A DNA stretch of 64,000 bases from NCBI RefSeq assembly GCF_009914755.1, contig NC_060929.1; one strand, written 5' to 3'. A model generated the notes under the pieces. That model made no database searches. It was not told the DNA's origin and saw nothing but the letters and a program-made list of their open reading frames with translations. Position numbers and translations under genes: made by a program. Source of the DNA: the human T2T-CHM13v2.0 reference genome, Homo sapiens. Below, piece after piece: positions 1 through 11,298 of the stretch. Each line of letters begins with the position of its first letter. Position 1 is the stretch's first letter.

Positions 1-163
1 AACAACCACTCCTAGCTCATAGGCTGTATGAAATTAGGCGGTGGTTGGACGTGACTGTGTGTTGACCCCATGATGGACAAATGGGTTGTTCCCATTCGCC
101 TGAGCCCTCGGCTCCTTCCTGGGACCCTCCTCTCACCTGTGCTCTTTCCCCCGTGTCCTGCAG

Positions 164-809
164 CCCCCTACAGACCCCGCTGCGAGTACTGGACCTGGCC
201 AACTGTGCCCTGAACCACACGGACATGGCCTTCTTGGCAGACTGTGCCCACGCTGCCCACCTGGAGGTGCTGGACCTCAGTGGACACAACCTGGTCAGCC
301 TGTACCCCTCGACCTTCTTCAGGCTGCTCAGCCAGGCTTCCCGGACGCTGAGGATCCTGACACTGGAGGAGTGTGGCATCGTAGACAGCCACGTTGGCAT
401 GCTGATCCTGGGCCTGAGCCCCTGCCACCGGCTGCGCCAGCTCAAGTTCCTCGGGAACCCGCTGTCGGCCCGCGCCCTCCGGCGCCTCTTCACCGCACTC
501 TGTGAGCTCCCCGAGCTGCGCTGCATTGAGTTCCCGGTGCCCAAGGACTGCTACCCCGAGGGTGCCGCCTACCCACAGGACGAGCTGGCCATGTCCAAGT
601 TCAACCAGCAGAAATACGACGAGATCGCCGAGGAGCTGCGTGCCGTGCTGCTGCGGGCTGACCGAGAGGACATCCAAGTCTCCACACCTCTCTTTGGAAG
701 TTTTGACCCAGACATTCAAGAAACAAGCAATGAGCTTGGTGCTTTCTTGCTGCAAGCTTTCAAAACTGCTCTAGAAAACTTCTCCAGAGCACTCAAACAA
801 ATAGAGTAG
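164..809 (+). CDS. LRRC14B: LRRC14B terminal coding exon (leucine-rich repeat, PRAME/LRRC14-like); upstream exon lies outside the window
   Basis: Pyrimidine tract plus CAG acceptor at 161-163. Open frame with LRRs (LRVLDLANCAL, LEVLDLSGHNL, LRILTLEECGI, LRQLKFLGNPL) ends at TAG 807-809. Synteny with CCDC127/SDHA. Confidence 0.92.
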
Positions 810-1767
810 TTCCTCCACTCGCACCAGTGACAGGTCTTGCATTTCAGTCTGCAGGTGCCCCGGGCTTTAGTCCTGGATCTGAGGCTTGGGCCCGGCATTC
901 ATCCCCACCACCACCACCACCAAAAGCAGTTCTTAGTGAAAATTGTAGGCGAGCCTGTTAAGCGTTGTAGAAGAGGAAGCCTTCCAGGAGAGGTGCCATG
1001 CGGTGCCCTTTAGTGGCAGCACGGCAAGGTTCTGGAGGCGGGGGAAGCCACCAAGAGACAGTGACAGGGTCAGCGTGGGCAGACGCCACATGGCAAAGAG
1101 CAGAGAAGCCCGGGAGGTGTGAGGAGTGGCCGACCTGGCCTCAGCGCATCTGGGCACTGGGCGCAAGATGAAGCTTCAGGGGGCAGATGTGACTGGGCTC
1201 CACAGCAGGGAGGGGGAGGGGAAGAGAGAACACATCACAGAAACTGCACAAAATAAGCAGCCCATGAAAAACAACCGAGAAAAAGAGGCGAAAAATGAAC
1301 AGCAAACCGGACCCTGCTTCCTCCAGCAGGAGGCTCCCACCCACTGCTGGTCACAACCCGCTGTCTGGACCTGCCGCTTATGGGATGAGGTGGGCCTGCA
1401 GGGAACGCGGGGCTTCTGGTTGCTGTTAGTGGTGGCTTTTCTTCTCACTTTGTGTAGCCCCCAGAACCGTGAGGGGCATCCGAGTGGGTGAGCACAGGCG
1501 TCCGCTGAAGAGCCGCCTGGACCAGGGCGGTCAGCGCTGCGGGGAGGCCTTTGCCCGACCGCGCCACTGTTTCTCACCAACATTCACTGTGTCCTGCGAG
1601 GCTTGAGGCTTAGACTGACGGGAGCTATTCCGGGTGTTTAACTGAAGGTCTAGCACTTGACCAGCCCCTGGAGGAGCTGACAACCACCTAAGACACATTT
1701 GGACTTGGTGTCCACCAAGAGTGACTTTGTGCAAAGAAATGGCTGAGCACTAGAATAACTAAATGCA

Positions 1768-1773
1768 AATAAA
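1768..1773 (+). terminator. Probable LRRC14B polyadenylation signal (AATAAA)
   Basis: Canonical hexamer about 960 nt after the stop codon, followed by U/GU-containing sequence. Confidence 0.6.
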
Positions 1774-1909
1774 ATGCGTCTTTCAGTGCAGTTCAGACAG
1801 GTCAGTGCTTGGTGTGGTTAAGTCGTTCTCAGACCCAAAACCAGGGATCTGAGTCACTGTGTGTCCATGGCTCCGCTCAAAAGTCACACCTCATGACAGC
1901 GCCCACCAC

Positions 1910-3385
1910 GGGTGTGTCCCCACCCCAGGGGCCCCATGTCATCCCCTCCTCAGGTGTCACCCCCTCCCCGAGTGTGTCCCCAACCCGGGGGCCCCCATGT
2001 CACCCCGAGTGTGTCCCCACCCCAGGGGGCCCCGTGTCACCCCCTCCCCAGGTGTGCCCCCACCCCTGCTGCCCTGTGTCACCCCCTCCCGGAGTGTGTC
2101 CCCACCCCAGGGGCCCCCATGTCACCCCACTCCAGGTGTGTCCCCACCCCCGCTGTGAAGGGGTGGCCTGCCCCTCCACACCTGTGGGTATTTCTAGTTG
2201 GGTGGGACGAGAGACTGAGAAAAGAAGTAAGACACAGAGACAAAGTATAGAGAAACAATAGTGGGCCCAGGGGACCGGCGCTCAGCATACCAAGGACCTG
2301 CACTGGCACCGGCCTCTGAGTTCCCTCAGTTTTTATTGATTATTATTTTCATTATTTCAGCAAAAAGGAATATAGTAGGAGAGCAGGGTGATATTAAGGA
2401 GGAGGTCAGCAAAAACATGTGAGCAAAAGAATCTATGTCGTAATTAAGTTCAAGGGAAGGTACTATGCCTGGACGTGCACGTAGGCCAGATTTATGTTTC
2501 TCTCCACCCAAACATCTCAGCGGAGTAAAGAATAACAAGGCAGCATTACTGCAAACATGTCTCGCCTCCTGCCACAAGGCGGCTTTTCTCCTGTCTCAGA
2601 GTTGAACAAATGTACAATCGGGTTTTACACCGCGACATTCAGTTCCCAGCGGCAAGCAGGAGACAGTGGACTTCTCTCTCTCAACTGCAAGAGGCTTTCG
2701 TCTTTTACTAACCCATGTCAGCACAGACCCTTTACGGGTGTCGGGCTGGGGGACGGTCAGGTCTTTCTCATTCCACGAGGCCATATTTCAGACTATCACA
2801 TGGGGAGAAACCGTGGACAATACCCGGCTTTCAAGGGCAGAGGTCCCTGCGGCTTTCCGCAGTGCATTGTGCCTCTGGTTTATTGAGACTAGAGAATAGC
2901 GATGACTTTTACCAAGCATACTGCTTGTAAACATTTTGTTAACAAGGCACGTCCTGCACAGCCCTAGATCCCTTAAACCTTGATTTCATACAACACATGT
3001 TTTTGTGAGCTCCAGGTTGGGGCAAAGTGGCTGGGGCAAAGCTACACATTAACATCATCTCAGCAAAGCAATTATTTAAAGTACAGGTCTTTTTCAAAAT
3101 GGAGTCTCATGTCTTCCCTTTCTACATAGACACAGTGACAGTCTGATCTCTCTTTTCCCTACACCGCTGCCCCGTATCACCCCCTCCCGGAGTGTGTCCC
3201 CACCCCAGTGGTCCCTGTGTCACCCCCTCCCCGAGTGTGTCCCCACCCCAGGGGCCATGTCACCCCACTCCAGGTGTGCCCCCACCCCTGCTGCCCCGTG
3301 TCACCCCCTCCCGGAGTGTGTCCCCACCCCAATGGTCCCCGTGTCACCCCACCCCAGCTGCCCCCAGGTCACCCCCACCCAGGTT
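1910..3385. repeat. C-rich degenerate minisatellite (GTGTGTCCCCACCCCAGGGG..TGTCACCCCCTCCC units), split by an LTR into 1910-2155 and 3164-3385
   Basis: The same motifs occur on both sides of the LTR, and the interrupted unit continues across the TSD. Confidence 0.85.
2156..3163 (-). mobile_element. HERV-K(HML-2) solo LTR, LTR5 family (LTR5A-like), 1008 bp
   Basis: The minus strand starts TGTAGGGAAAAGAGAGATCAGACTGTCACTGTGTCTATGTAGA and ends GGGGCAGGCCACCCCTTCA (TG..CA). 6-bp TSD CCGCTG at 2150-2155 and 3164-3169. Minus-strand AATAAA at 2332-2337. Confidence 0.92.
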
Positions 3386-4660
3386 TGTCTCCATCCCCTT
3401 TCTCCTTCTGCCCCTGGTGTGTCCAGGCCCTTCTCTGCCCAGGGTAGGGGTTTGCCTGGGTTGTAGGGGTTGGGTACCCAGCATGAGTGCCGTACAGGAG
3501 CCTGCCTCCCGGGGGCGTCTCAGGAATGGACGGCCTCCTGCCGAGTGGGCAGATATGGTGACTTCCACTCCCCACATTCGTCTCTGCCTGCTCTGCAACC
3601 ACCTAAGTGCTCTCTGCACACTGCAGGCAGTGCCTTACTGGAGCCTTGTCCAGGGACATGAATTTGATATTGCGGCCAGCTTTTGGAAACAGGCAGGGAA
3701 GGTGCTGGGCCAACATTTTTAATGACTTACTTCTAACTCTAAAGCACAGAGTGGCTGCCACTGCTTTGTGTCTGAATTTTTATTGTAAGACTCAGCCGCT
3801 GGGCGGCATGATGACCAACCTTAAGGCCTGTGGCAGTGGAGAAGGGCCCAGGGTGCTGGGTGTCCTGAGGCCTGGGATTGGGCAGGGCACACAGGAGCCC
3901 ACTGGTGTCAGTGGGCGGTGCTGAGGGCACAAGCTCCCAACATCTCCAGCTCCACAGACACCCAGGGGCTTCCCAAGAACAGCCCATTCTGATAAGGCCA
4001 GCAGAGGCTGGGGACCAACGCCTCCCTCGCCCGTCCTGTGCAGGTCTCGCACTTGCTCCTACTGAACTGATCGGCCCCATCCTGCATGGCCGTTCACCAT
4101 TCGCTGGGTCTTTGTCCTCGCCCAATCTTGTGACTCCAGTCCTGGGTCGCATGGCGTCTGTGGCCACACATCCGGCGTCTGCCGGGCCCAGGAGCACGCC
4201 TGCTGGGTTTTTATGGAGAGCACTTCTCTACCGCAGAAAACACGGCCTCCCACACAAGGCAAGCTAGTGGGAATCAGGCAAAACCATTCAGCAGGTGAGA
4301 GTGCTGATCCAACCCAGCAAACATCCATGGTGGCTGTAGCTGGGGCTGCTCCTGGCGGAGCCTCAGGGTTCACCTGCCCAGGCCCACCCCGGCTTTCCAG
4401 GGCCAGTGGGTGATGTGAGCAGGGTCCCAATGGGGGCCGCCATCTGGAGCCACCGTCTTTGCCTCCCTTGGGTCTTCCACAGCAGCATGGGCTGGTGCAG
4501 CTCCTTCAGAACATGGCACTGCTTCCTGTCCACCATCCTGGCAAGGAGTGGGGGCCGTTTTAGGGGCTCCAACTCAAGTCCTTCCTGGCTTAATGACTTG
4601 TTCCACAGGTCAGGAAATGATGATACCCTCGCAGGCCAAGGAGATATACGCAGGCCCAGT

Positions 4661-4747
4661 GGCCCCTGTGTGGTGGACGTGGCCCCTCTGTGTGGTGGAC
4701 GTGGCCCCTCTGTGTGGACGTGGCCCCTCTGTGTGGTGGACGTGGCC
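4661..4747. repeat. Short tandem repeat, about 4 x 19-22 bp (GGCCCCTCTGTGTGGTGGACGT)
   Basis: Directly visible tandem copies. Confidence 0.85.
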
Positions 4748-6217
4748 AAGGGCCCTGGAACATCAGGGTTGCTCTCATCCACCAGCGCTCTCCTGCTCTT
4801 CCTCTTCTGAGTTGAGCAAGGCTCCATCATCTGCTGCATGCTGGAGTCCCACTATCCATCAGCCCCACACGGCCCCATGGGTGGGGGCACCGTGCTTGTC
4901 CCCCCCCATCTTGATGCCTGCCAGTCACCCCCCGCCCCACCTCTGCCAGCCCAGAGCCCCTCAGCCCAGATCCCATTTTCTGGCACCACCAGCCCTGGCC
5001 CATGGGGAGCAGCCACCTCGGAGCTATGGCACAGTGCTGTCAAGAGCAGGGCCCCAGCACCCCTACCTCCCGAGGAGGCCCCAGCACCCCACTCCCTGCC
5101 TGTCAGCCACCAACCAGCTTCGAGAAGCTCTCCCAGCAGGGATGGGCTCGGTCTCAGTGTCCCTGCTGGAATATTAAACAGAGCCACTTGAGTGCCCCAA
5201 TGTGGCACTTTCTGCCCATCTGCCTTTCTTCGTTACTCCTCCCTCCTCACCCCACTCTCGGCACCCAGGCCAGGCCCTGCACCTGCTCCTGGAGCAGGAC
5301 TTGACTCCTCTACCTGGACCAGGCAGGTCATGAAAGATGGGGCACTGCCTGAGGTCTCTGCCAGATTCCCAGGTGAGGGAGATCTGCTTTCCCCATGGGG
5401 TTGGGGCGGCCATGCTGGCACAAAGGGCTCCCGTGAATCTGGAGCTCACCCAGCAAACATCCAGGCGGCGGCAGCAGCTCTCAAGGTACACTTGTCCTGT
5501 GAGCCGCAGAGCCACATTCAGGCTCATCTGGTCCCGCTACCCGACAGCAAGACCCTCAGCCTGTCAGGGGGTCCGCAGCAGATGAGAGACCTGCGAAGCT
5601 GCCACAGAAGCCCTCCGCCTTCCACCGCATGCCTGCTGTCCATGGGTGGCTTACTGAAGCCCTTCGTTTTCTCTTTTCAAGATTTCCCATGAAGCTAGCA
5701 AAGGCCACAGGCTCTGCAACCCTGATCTTCATTGTTCCCACTCCTTTAGAACACCGCGGTATGGTGGAGCCCAGCGCTTCCCTAACTCGGCCGCCCGCTG
5801 GAGCAGGCCAGGCAGGGGGCAGGCTCAGGAGCTGTGGGAACCGCCCTGTCCCACCGTGTGGCCAGAGAAGCTGGTTTGGGGATTGGCGCGGCTATGCAGA
5901 GATATGACACAGAGTGACAAGTACTCCGAGGCCCCTGAGAGTCCCTTATTTGTCTTTCTGGTTCTTCTCTGACATCTAACCTGTGTTCTCCATTCTTGAC
6001 CTGAAGTTTCACGAGACAGCCTTAAATCCCTCTTTAACTTTCTAGGCTAGCACAAATCCATCTCTGCTGCTTGCAAACAGAATCCTAAATTAATAGAGAA
6101 ATACAGCAACTGTTTCGTCAAACCCAGCATAAAAAGAGGAGCCTTTTCAGCCTCAACCTATAAAACCCAGCGCAGTTACTCACACAAGTCAAGGCAGACG
6201 GAGCAAGCCCAGCACTT

Positions 6218-6446
6218 TCTACACAGCAGGCTGCCCCCATCACAGCCAGCCAGCGTCTACACAGCAGGCTGCCCCCATCACAGCTAGCCAGCGTCTACAC
6301 AGCAGGCTGCCCCCATCACAGCCAGCCAGCGTCTACACAGCAGGCTGCCCCCATCACAGCCAGCGTCTACACAGCAGGCTGCCCCCATCACAGCCAGCCA
6401 GTGTCTACACAGCAGGCTGCCCCCCATCACAGCCAGCCAGTGTCTA
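6218..6446. repeat. 38-bp minisatellite, about 6 copies (TCTACACAGCAGGCTGCCCCCATCACAGCCAGCCAGCG)
   Basis: Unit starts at 6218, 6256, 6294, 6332, 6366 and 6404. Confidence 0.9.
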
Positions 6447-7563
6447 GGGCAGCTGCCCCCCCAAACACCCTGGCTCCTCCCAACATCGCACGGGCTGTCC
6501 TCATGCTGGAACAAGACACCTCGAGGAGGAAGCAGCTGCCACTCATGGCTGCACACACTGCAGTTTGGTCTCTGCAATGTCACAGGTGTAGTCTTCAGAC
6601 TTGCTTTTATGTAGCAAACCTAATATGTGAAAGTAACTAGAAAGCTGTTTTCTCCCTTCTGCTTAAAGAGATGATCTTAGTACACTATGAAGCAATCACT
6701 TTTTAAACAATCCAACACAGAAATAGTCCGTTACACATTTTAATTAGACATAACTTCTCTTTGAACGAACACACGGATCATTTGGTGAAGTTTTTCCGTT
6801 GAAACACCCCATAATTGGTGCAAGGTTTGCAGAACAATTTTGTCCTTATGAAATCAACACCTGCCAGTTCACACATACACACACATATGCACGCATATGA
6901 AATATATATGCAAATTATATATCCTTATGGATGAATAAGCGCAAAGGAGGAAAAAGCGCATCTACCAAATGAGCTGACTGGACTACGGAAGAGAAATGCT
7001 GCCTCTTCAGTTTTGTTTTTGGAATGTCCAGGTCAATTGTGATGCCTTCGAACTTCATTCCAAAGTCAAGTCTGAAGCAAGCGAAATTAGAAAGTACAAT
7101 CTCAACCCCTCCCCGCAAAAGTCCTTCCTTTTTAAGCCACTGCAACCTCATATACAATGTTCACTCCAGACAAGGATTACAGTGGCTGCCCCTCCTCCGC
7201 CCTGCAGCGAGCCCTCCCCTCCCCAAGGAAACTGGACCTGCTTCCGACACCTAGGATCTCCCAGAGCTCCACTCCTTACCCCAAAGGGCCCTCTCTGCCT
7301 TGCTGGCTCACGGTTTTATAGTTACTGTGACCTCCAAGAAAGCAGCAGGACAAATAATGCTTGACTCTGATGTCGCTACAAATTCAGCACACACACCAAC
7401 CAGCACAATTACCCTTTTCTGCAACTTTAAACCACTTTGGTTGAGGAGCGTTCCACTGTGGGCTCACCTTTCGGTACATGTGTGGAGTTACCAAATGGCA
7501 CAGCACTGTGTAACTATTCCAAACCGACCACAATCCATTTCAAAAGAGGGTGGCCTCACATCA

Positions 7564-8010
<447 letters not shown>

Positions 8011-8288
8011 TCACTATAGAAGGAAGCTAGGCTGACAGCACACTGGACATTAGAAACAGGATGAGGATTAACAATTTGCCTCGAAAATCATTCACCTACA
8101 AAGCAGCTGACTGTGTTTTCTTCATTTAAAGACAAACGCGGAGTGGTTCACACAGGGACACCCAGCAGACCGGATTGCCGCAGGAATGGAGCCTGCACCG
8201 CTCTTTAGGCAAGGGTCTTGATGCATCAGGAAGTACAAACAACAACAGGAAGAGTTTTGTCCAGATTTACCGAAAAAATGACTTTTTA

Positions 8289-8690
<402 letters not shown>

Positions 8691-9289
8691 TCACACCACT
8701 GCACTCCTGCCTGGGTGAAGCATCTGAGCACCCTTAGCAGGGCGTGGGTGCCGAGAGCAGAGCATGGCAGGGGGCCCGTGTCTGTTGCAGGCAGCGCATG
8801 TTGGCTCTGAGCCCGCCTCCGCCGCGCTCAAGGGGTTCCACGGATTTCAAACAACGCATGCGTGTAAAGCGTGTACAGCTCAGGGTGGAACATGCACTCC
8901 ATGAATAGTGGCTCTCATACTGCCACGTGGGCTCTATGAGCTTAGGATTTTTAACAGTTGCTCCTACTCCCGTACAGACGGGCAGGAGGGGAGAACATGG
9001 CCCTTGAAAGCAGATGGACAACCTGCTCCCGCTCCTGCCTGGCCACACACTATCAAATCACTGCACACAGGTTACTCGCGGTTCTGGAGAAAAGGTGCCC
9101 GGGCTCAGACTGGCTCCAACACTACTACCTGCGTGACCTCAGGCAGGTTAGCTCTTCCACATCTCCGTAAAGTGAGGTGCGTGGTGACGAATTCACACAG
9201 CAGGCCCAAGGCTGTGTCCTACCAGGGCCTGTGTGCAAGGCTGGCCCTTGACTGACATCTGGGAACTCGGATTCTGGGAGACTTCCCAG

Positions 9290-9662
9290 CACCATTAACT
9301 CCTACGCGTGGCTCTGTGACCACAGTACTTGTGCTCACGGCACAGACCACACCAAACCCACCCTCCTTCTGGACAAGTCGGGAATTCCCACACAGGCCAG
9401 GCAGGGGGTACCACATGACCAGCCCTTAGCAAAAGCCCCAGGTGCTGAGTCTCCAGTGAGCTTATTCTTAATAGTTAGGTGTGTCCTGTATGACTCCAGG
9501 GAGTGGATCCTGGGGTGTCCACACGTGGCTCCTCTGAGCGCCACCCACACACCCTCTCCCTTTGCTGATTCTGCTCTGTGCTGAGTCCAACCCTGTGCTG
9601 AGTCCTGTGAGATCTCCCAGCAGGTCACGCACCTGGGGGCTGGCCTTGGGGCACCTCCGCAA
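9290..9662 (+). mobile_element. Old LTR fragment, MER21-like
   Basis: Resembles the recalled MER21 consensus (..CTGAGTCCTGTGAG..CACCTGGGGGCTGGCCTTGGGG..). Boundaries approximate. Confidence 0.45.
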
Positions 9663-9944
9663 AGCGTAATAGTAATACTCACTTCACAGGATTCGACTGA
9701 GGATTCCATGAGTGAACAGGTATACAGGCTCAATTCCCAGTAGCTATGTGTGACATGGGGTGATAAGTGCCTGTCTACCTTGTTGGCTGTGGTAAACAAT
9801 GAGATAATACATATAAAAATATTTTGTAAAGAGTGAAGAATTACACAAAAAGTGGCATTATTACTCATAAATGGCAAGTATTTTGAGTATATATCATTGC
9901 TAATAAGTATCTGCTTGCTGAATACAGACACAAGCCAAATTCCA

Positions 9945-10103
9945 AACACACATTAGGTAACAACTGGATACAACACACACACATTAGGTAACAACTGCAT
10001 ACAACACACACACATTAGGTAACAACTGCATACAACAAACACACATTAGGTAACAACTGCATACAACAAACACACATTAAGTAACAACTGGATACAAGAA
10101 ACA
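9945..10103. repeat. About 30-bp tandem repeat, about 5 copies (ACACACATTAGGTAACAACTGCATACAAC)
   Basis: Directly visible tandem copies. Confidence 0.85.
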
Positions 10104-10636
10104 CTTGGTATTTCCCCTTTATGGAGTGAGAGAGATCTTTAAAATATAAACCCTTGATAATATAATATTACTACTTCCTATTACCTGTTATGCAGTTCTA
10201 CACATTATCTGACAAATTCTTAATGTAATCTGGTGACAGAGAAAAATAATTTGAGGAGAAAGTATTTAGGGAGTGATGAAACAGACAGAAAATTACTTGT
10301 GGTAAGGACCAGTATTGTATTTGACTTTTTAAAAAACCATTTTTACCCTGGAGCTAAAATACGAGGTTATACTGTTCTGCTTAATACAATACTGGCAGCC
10401 TAAAAATGCTTCAAGAAACCATATCCCCAACAGCGGCAGAGCATCGGGAGGAGACCCTCTGTCTCTGAGGCTTCGGTGCACTTCTGCTCAGACGGTGGCG
10501 GGAGTGGAGGTCGCTGCTGAAGGGTGACGGTGTGGCCATGACACGGGCAGCACGGGAACGGAAGACGCCGGAGACCCAGAAGGCGCATGACTGCCTGGCC
10601 TCGAGTCACTAAAAGCAGTTTGATTTCACTCTTGTC

Positions 10637-11298
10637 TTACTTTTCTAGTATGGCTTCCTCTACTCTCTTAAACTTCTTCAGTTCGACAACGAGTTCCCAG
10701 TATTTGAGATAGAGCCACATGAGTCTGCCATTCTGGCGTTTGTTGGTGTTCCAGACATCACCACAGTATGTATCATGCTGAAATATGTCGGTGAGACCGG
10801 CTGCCATCTCTAGGTCAGCGGCGACGGGGTCGACGGACGCTCGCACCAGTAAGCTCTTCTCTATCTCCAGCCGCTTGCTGCGAGGAAGAAACAGACTGCA
10901 GTAGATATTCTGTCTTTCTGTGAGAACAGCTTCAAATTCTTTCAGCAAAAGCCTGGCTCTCCTTTGCCAGTTTTCTTCCCTTTGCAGGCAGCTCAAATAC
11001 GCACTTCTCAAAGGCTGCACCTGTCTTTTTTCTTGCATCACCTGGGCCCGTTCCTGTTCCAGAAGCTTCTTTTCTTCTACCAACTTGCGTCCCTGAGAGA
11101 TAAGGGCTTCTCGGTAACTAGCAGTTCTGTTTTGTTCCTTTTCGAGTTCCAAGGACAACTGAGCGACAGCACGCCGATTTTCTGAGATCATGGCGTGGTA
11201 CTTGGCTTCCAGATCCTGTTGAAAAGCAGCAGTTCTCCGACGGTAGGCTTCTCTCTCTTTTTCTACTTCTTTCTGGGACTCCCTAGACCAAATCCAAC
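10637..11298 (-). CDS. CCDC127: CCDC127 last coding exon (coiled-coil mitochondrial protein)
   Basis: Acceptor AG at 11300-11299. Encodes (R)WIWSRESQKEVEKERE...EEAILEK*. Joined to the 21772-21892 exon it gives 260 aa. Confidence 0.95.

Noticed and set aside
81-163. N-terminal part of the 242-aa ORF as a start of LRRC14B
   Set aside because: It is intronic read-through upstream of the acceptor at 163. The real start is outside the window.
1809-3722. Pro-rich ORFs around the LTR5 element
   Set aside because: They are translations of the C-rich minisatellite.
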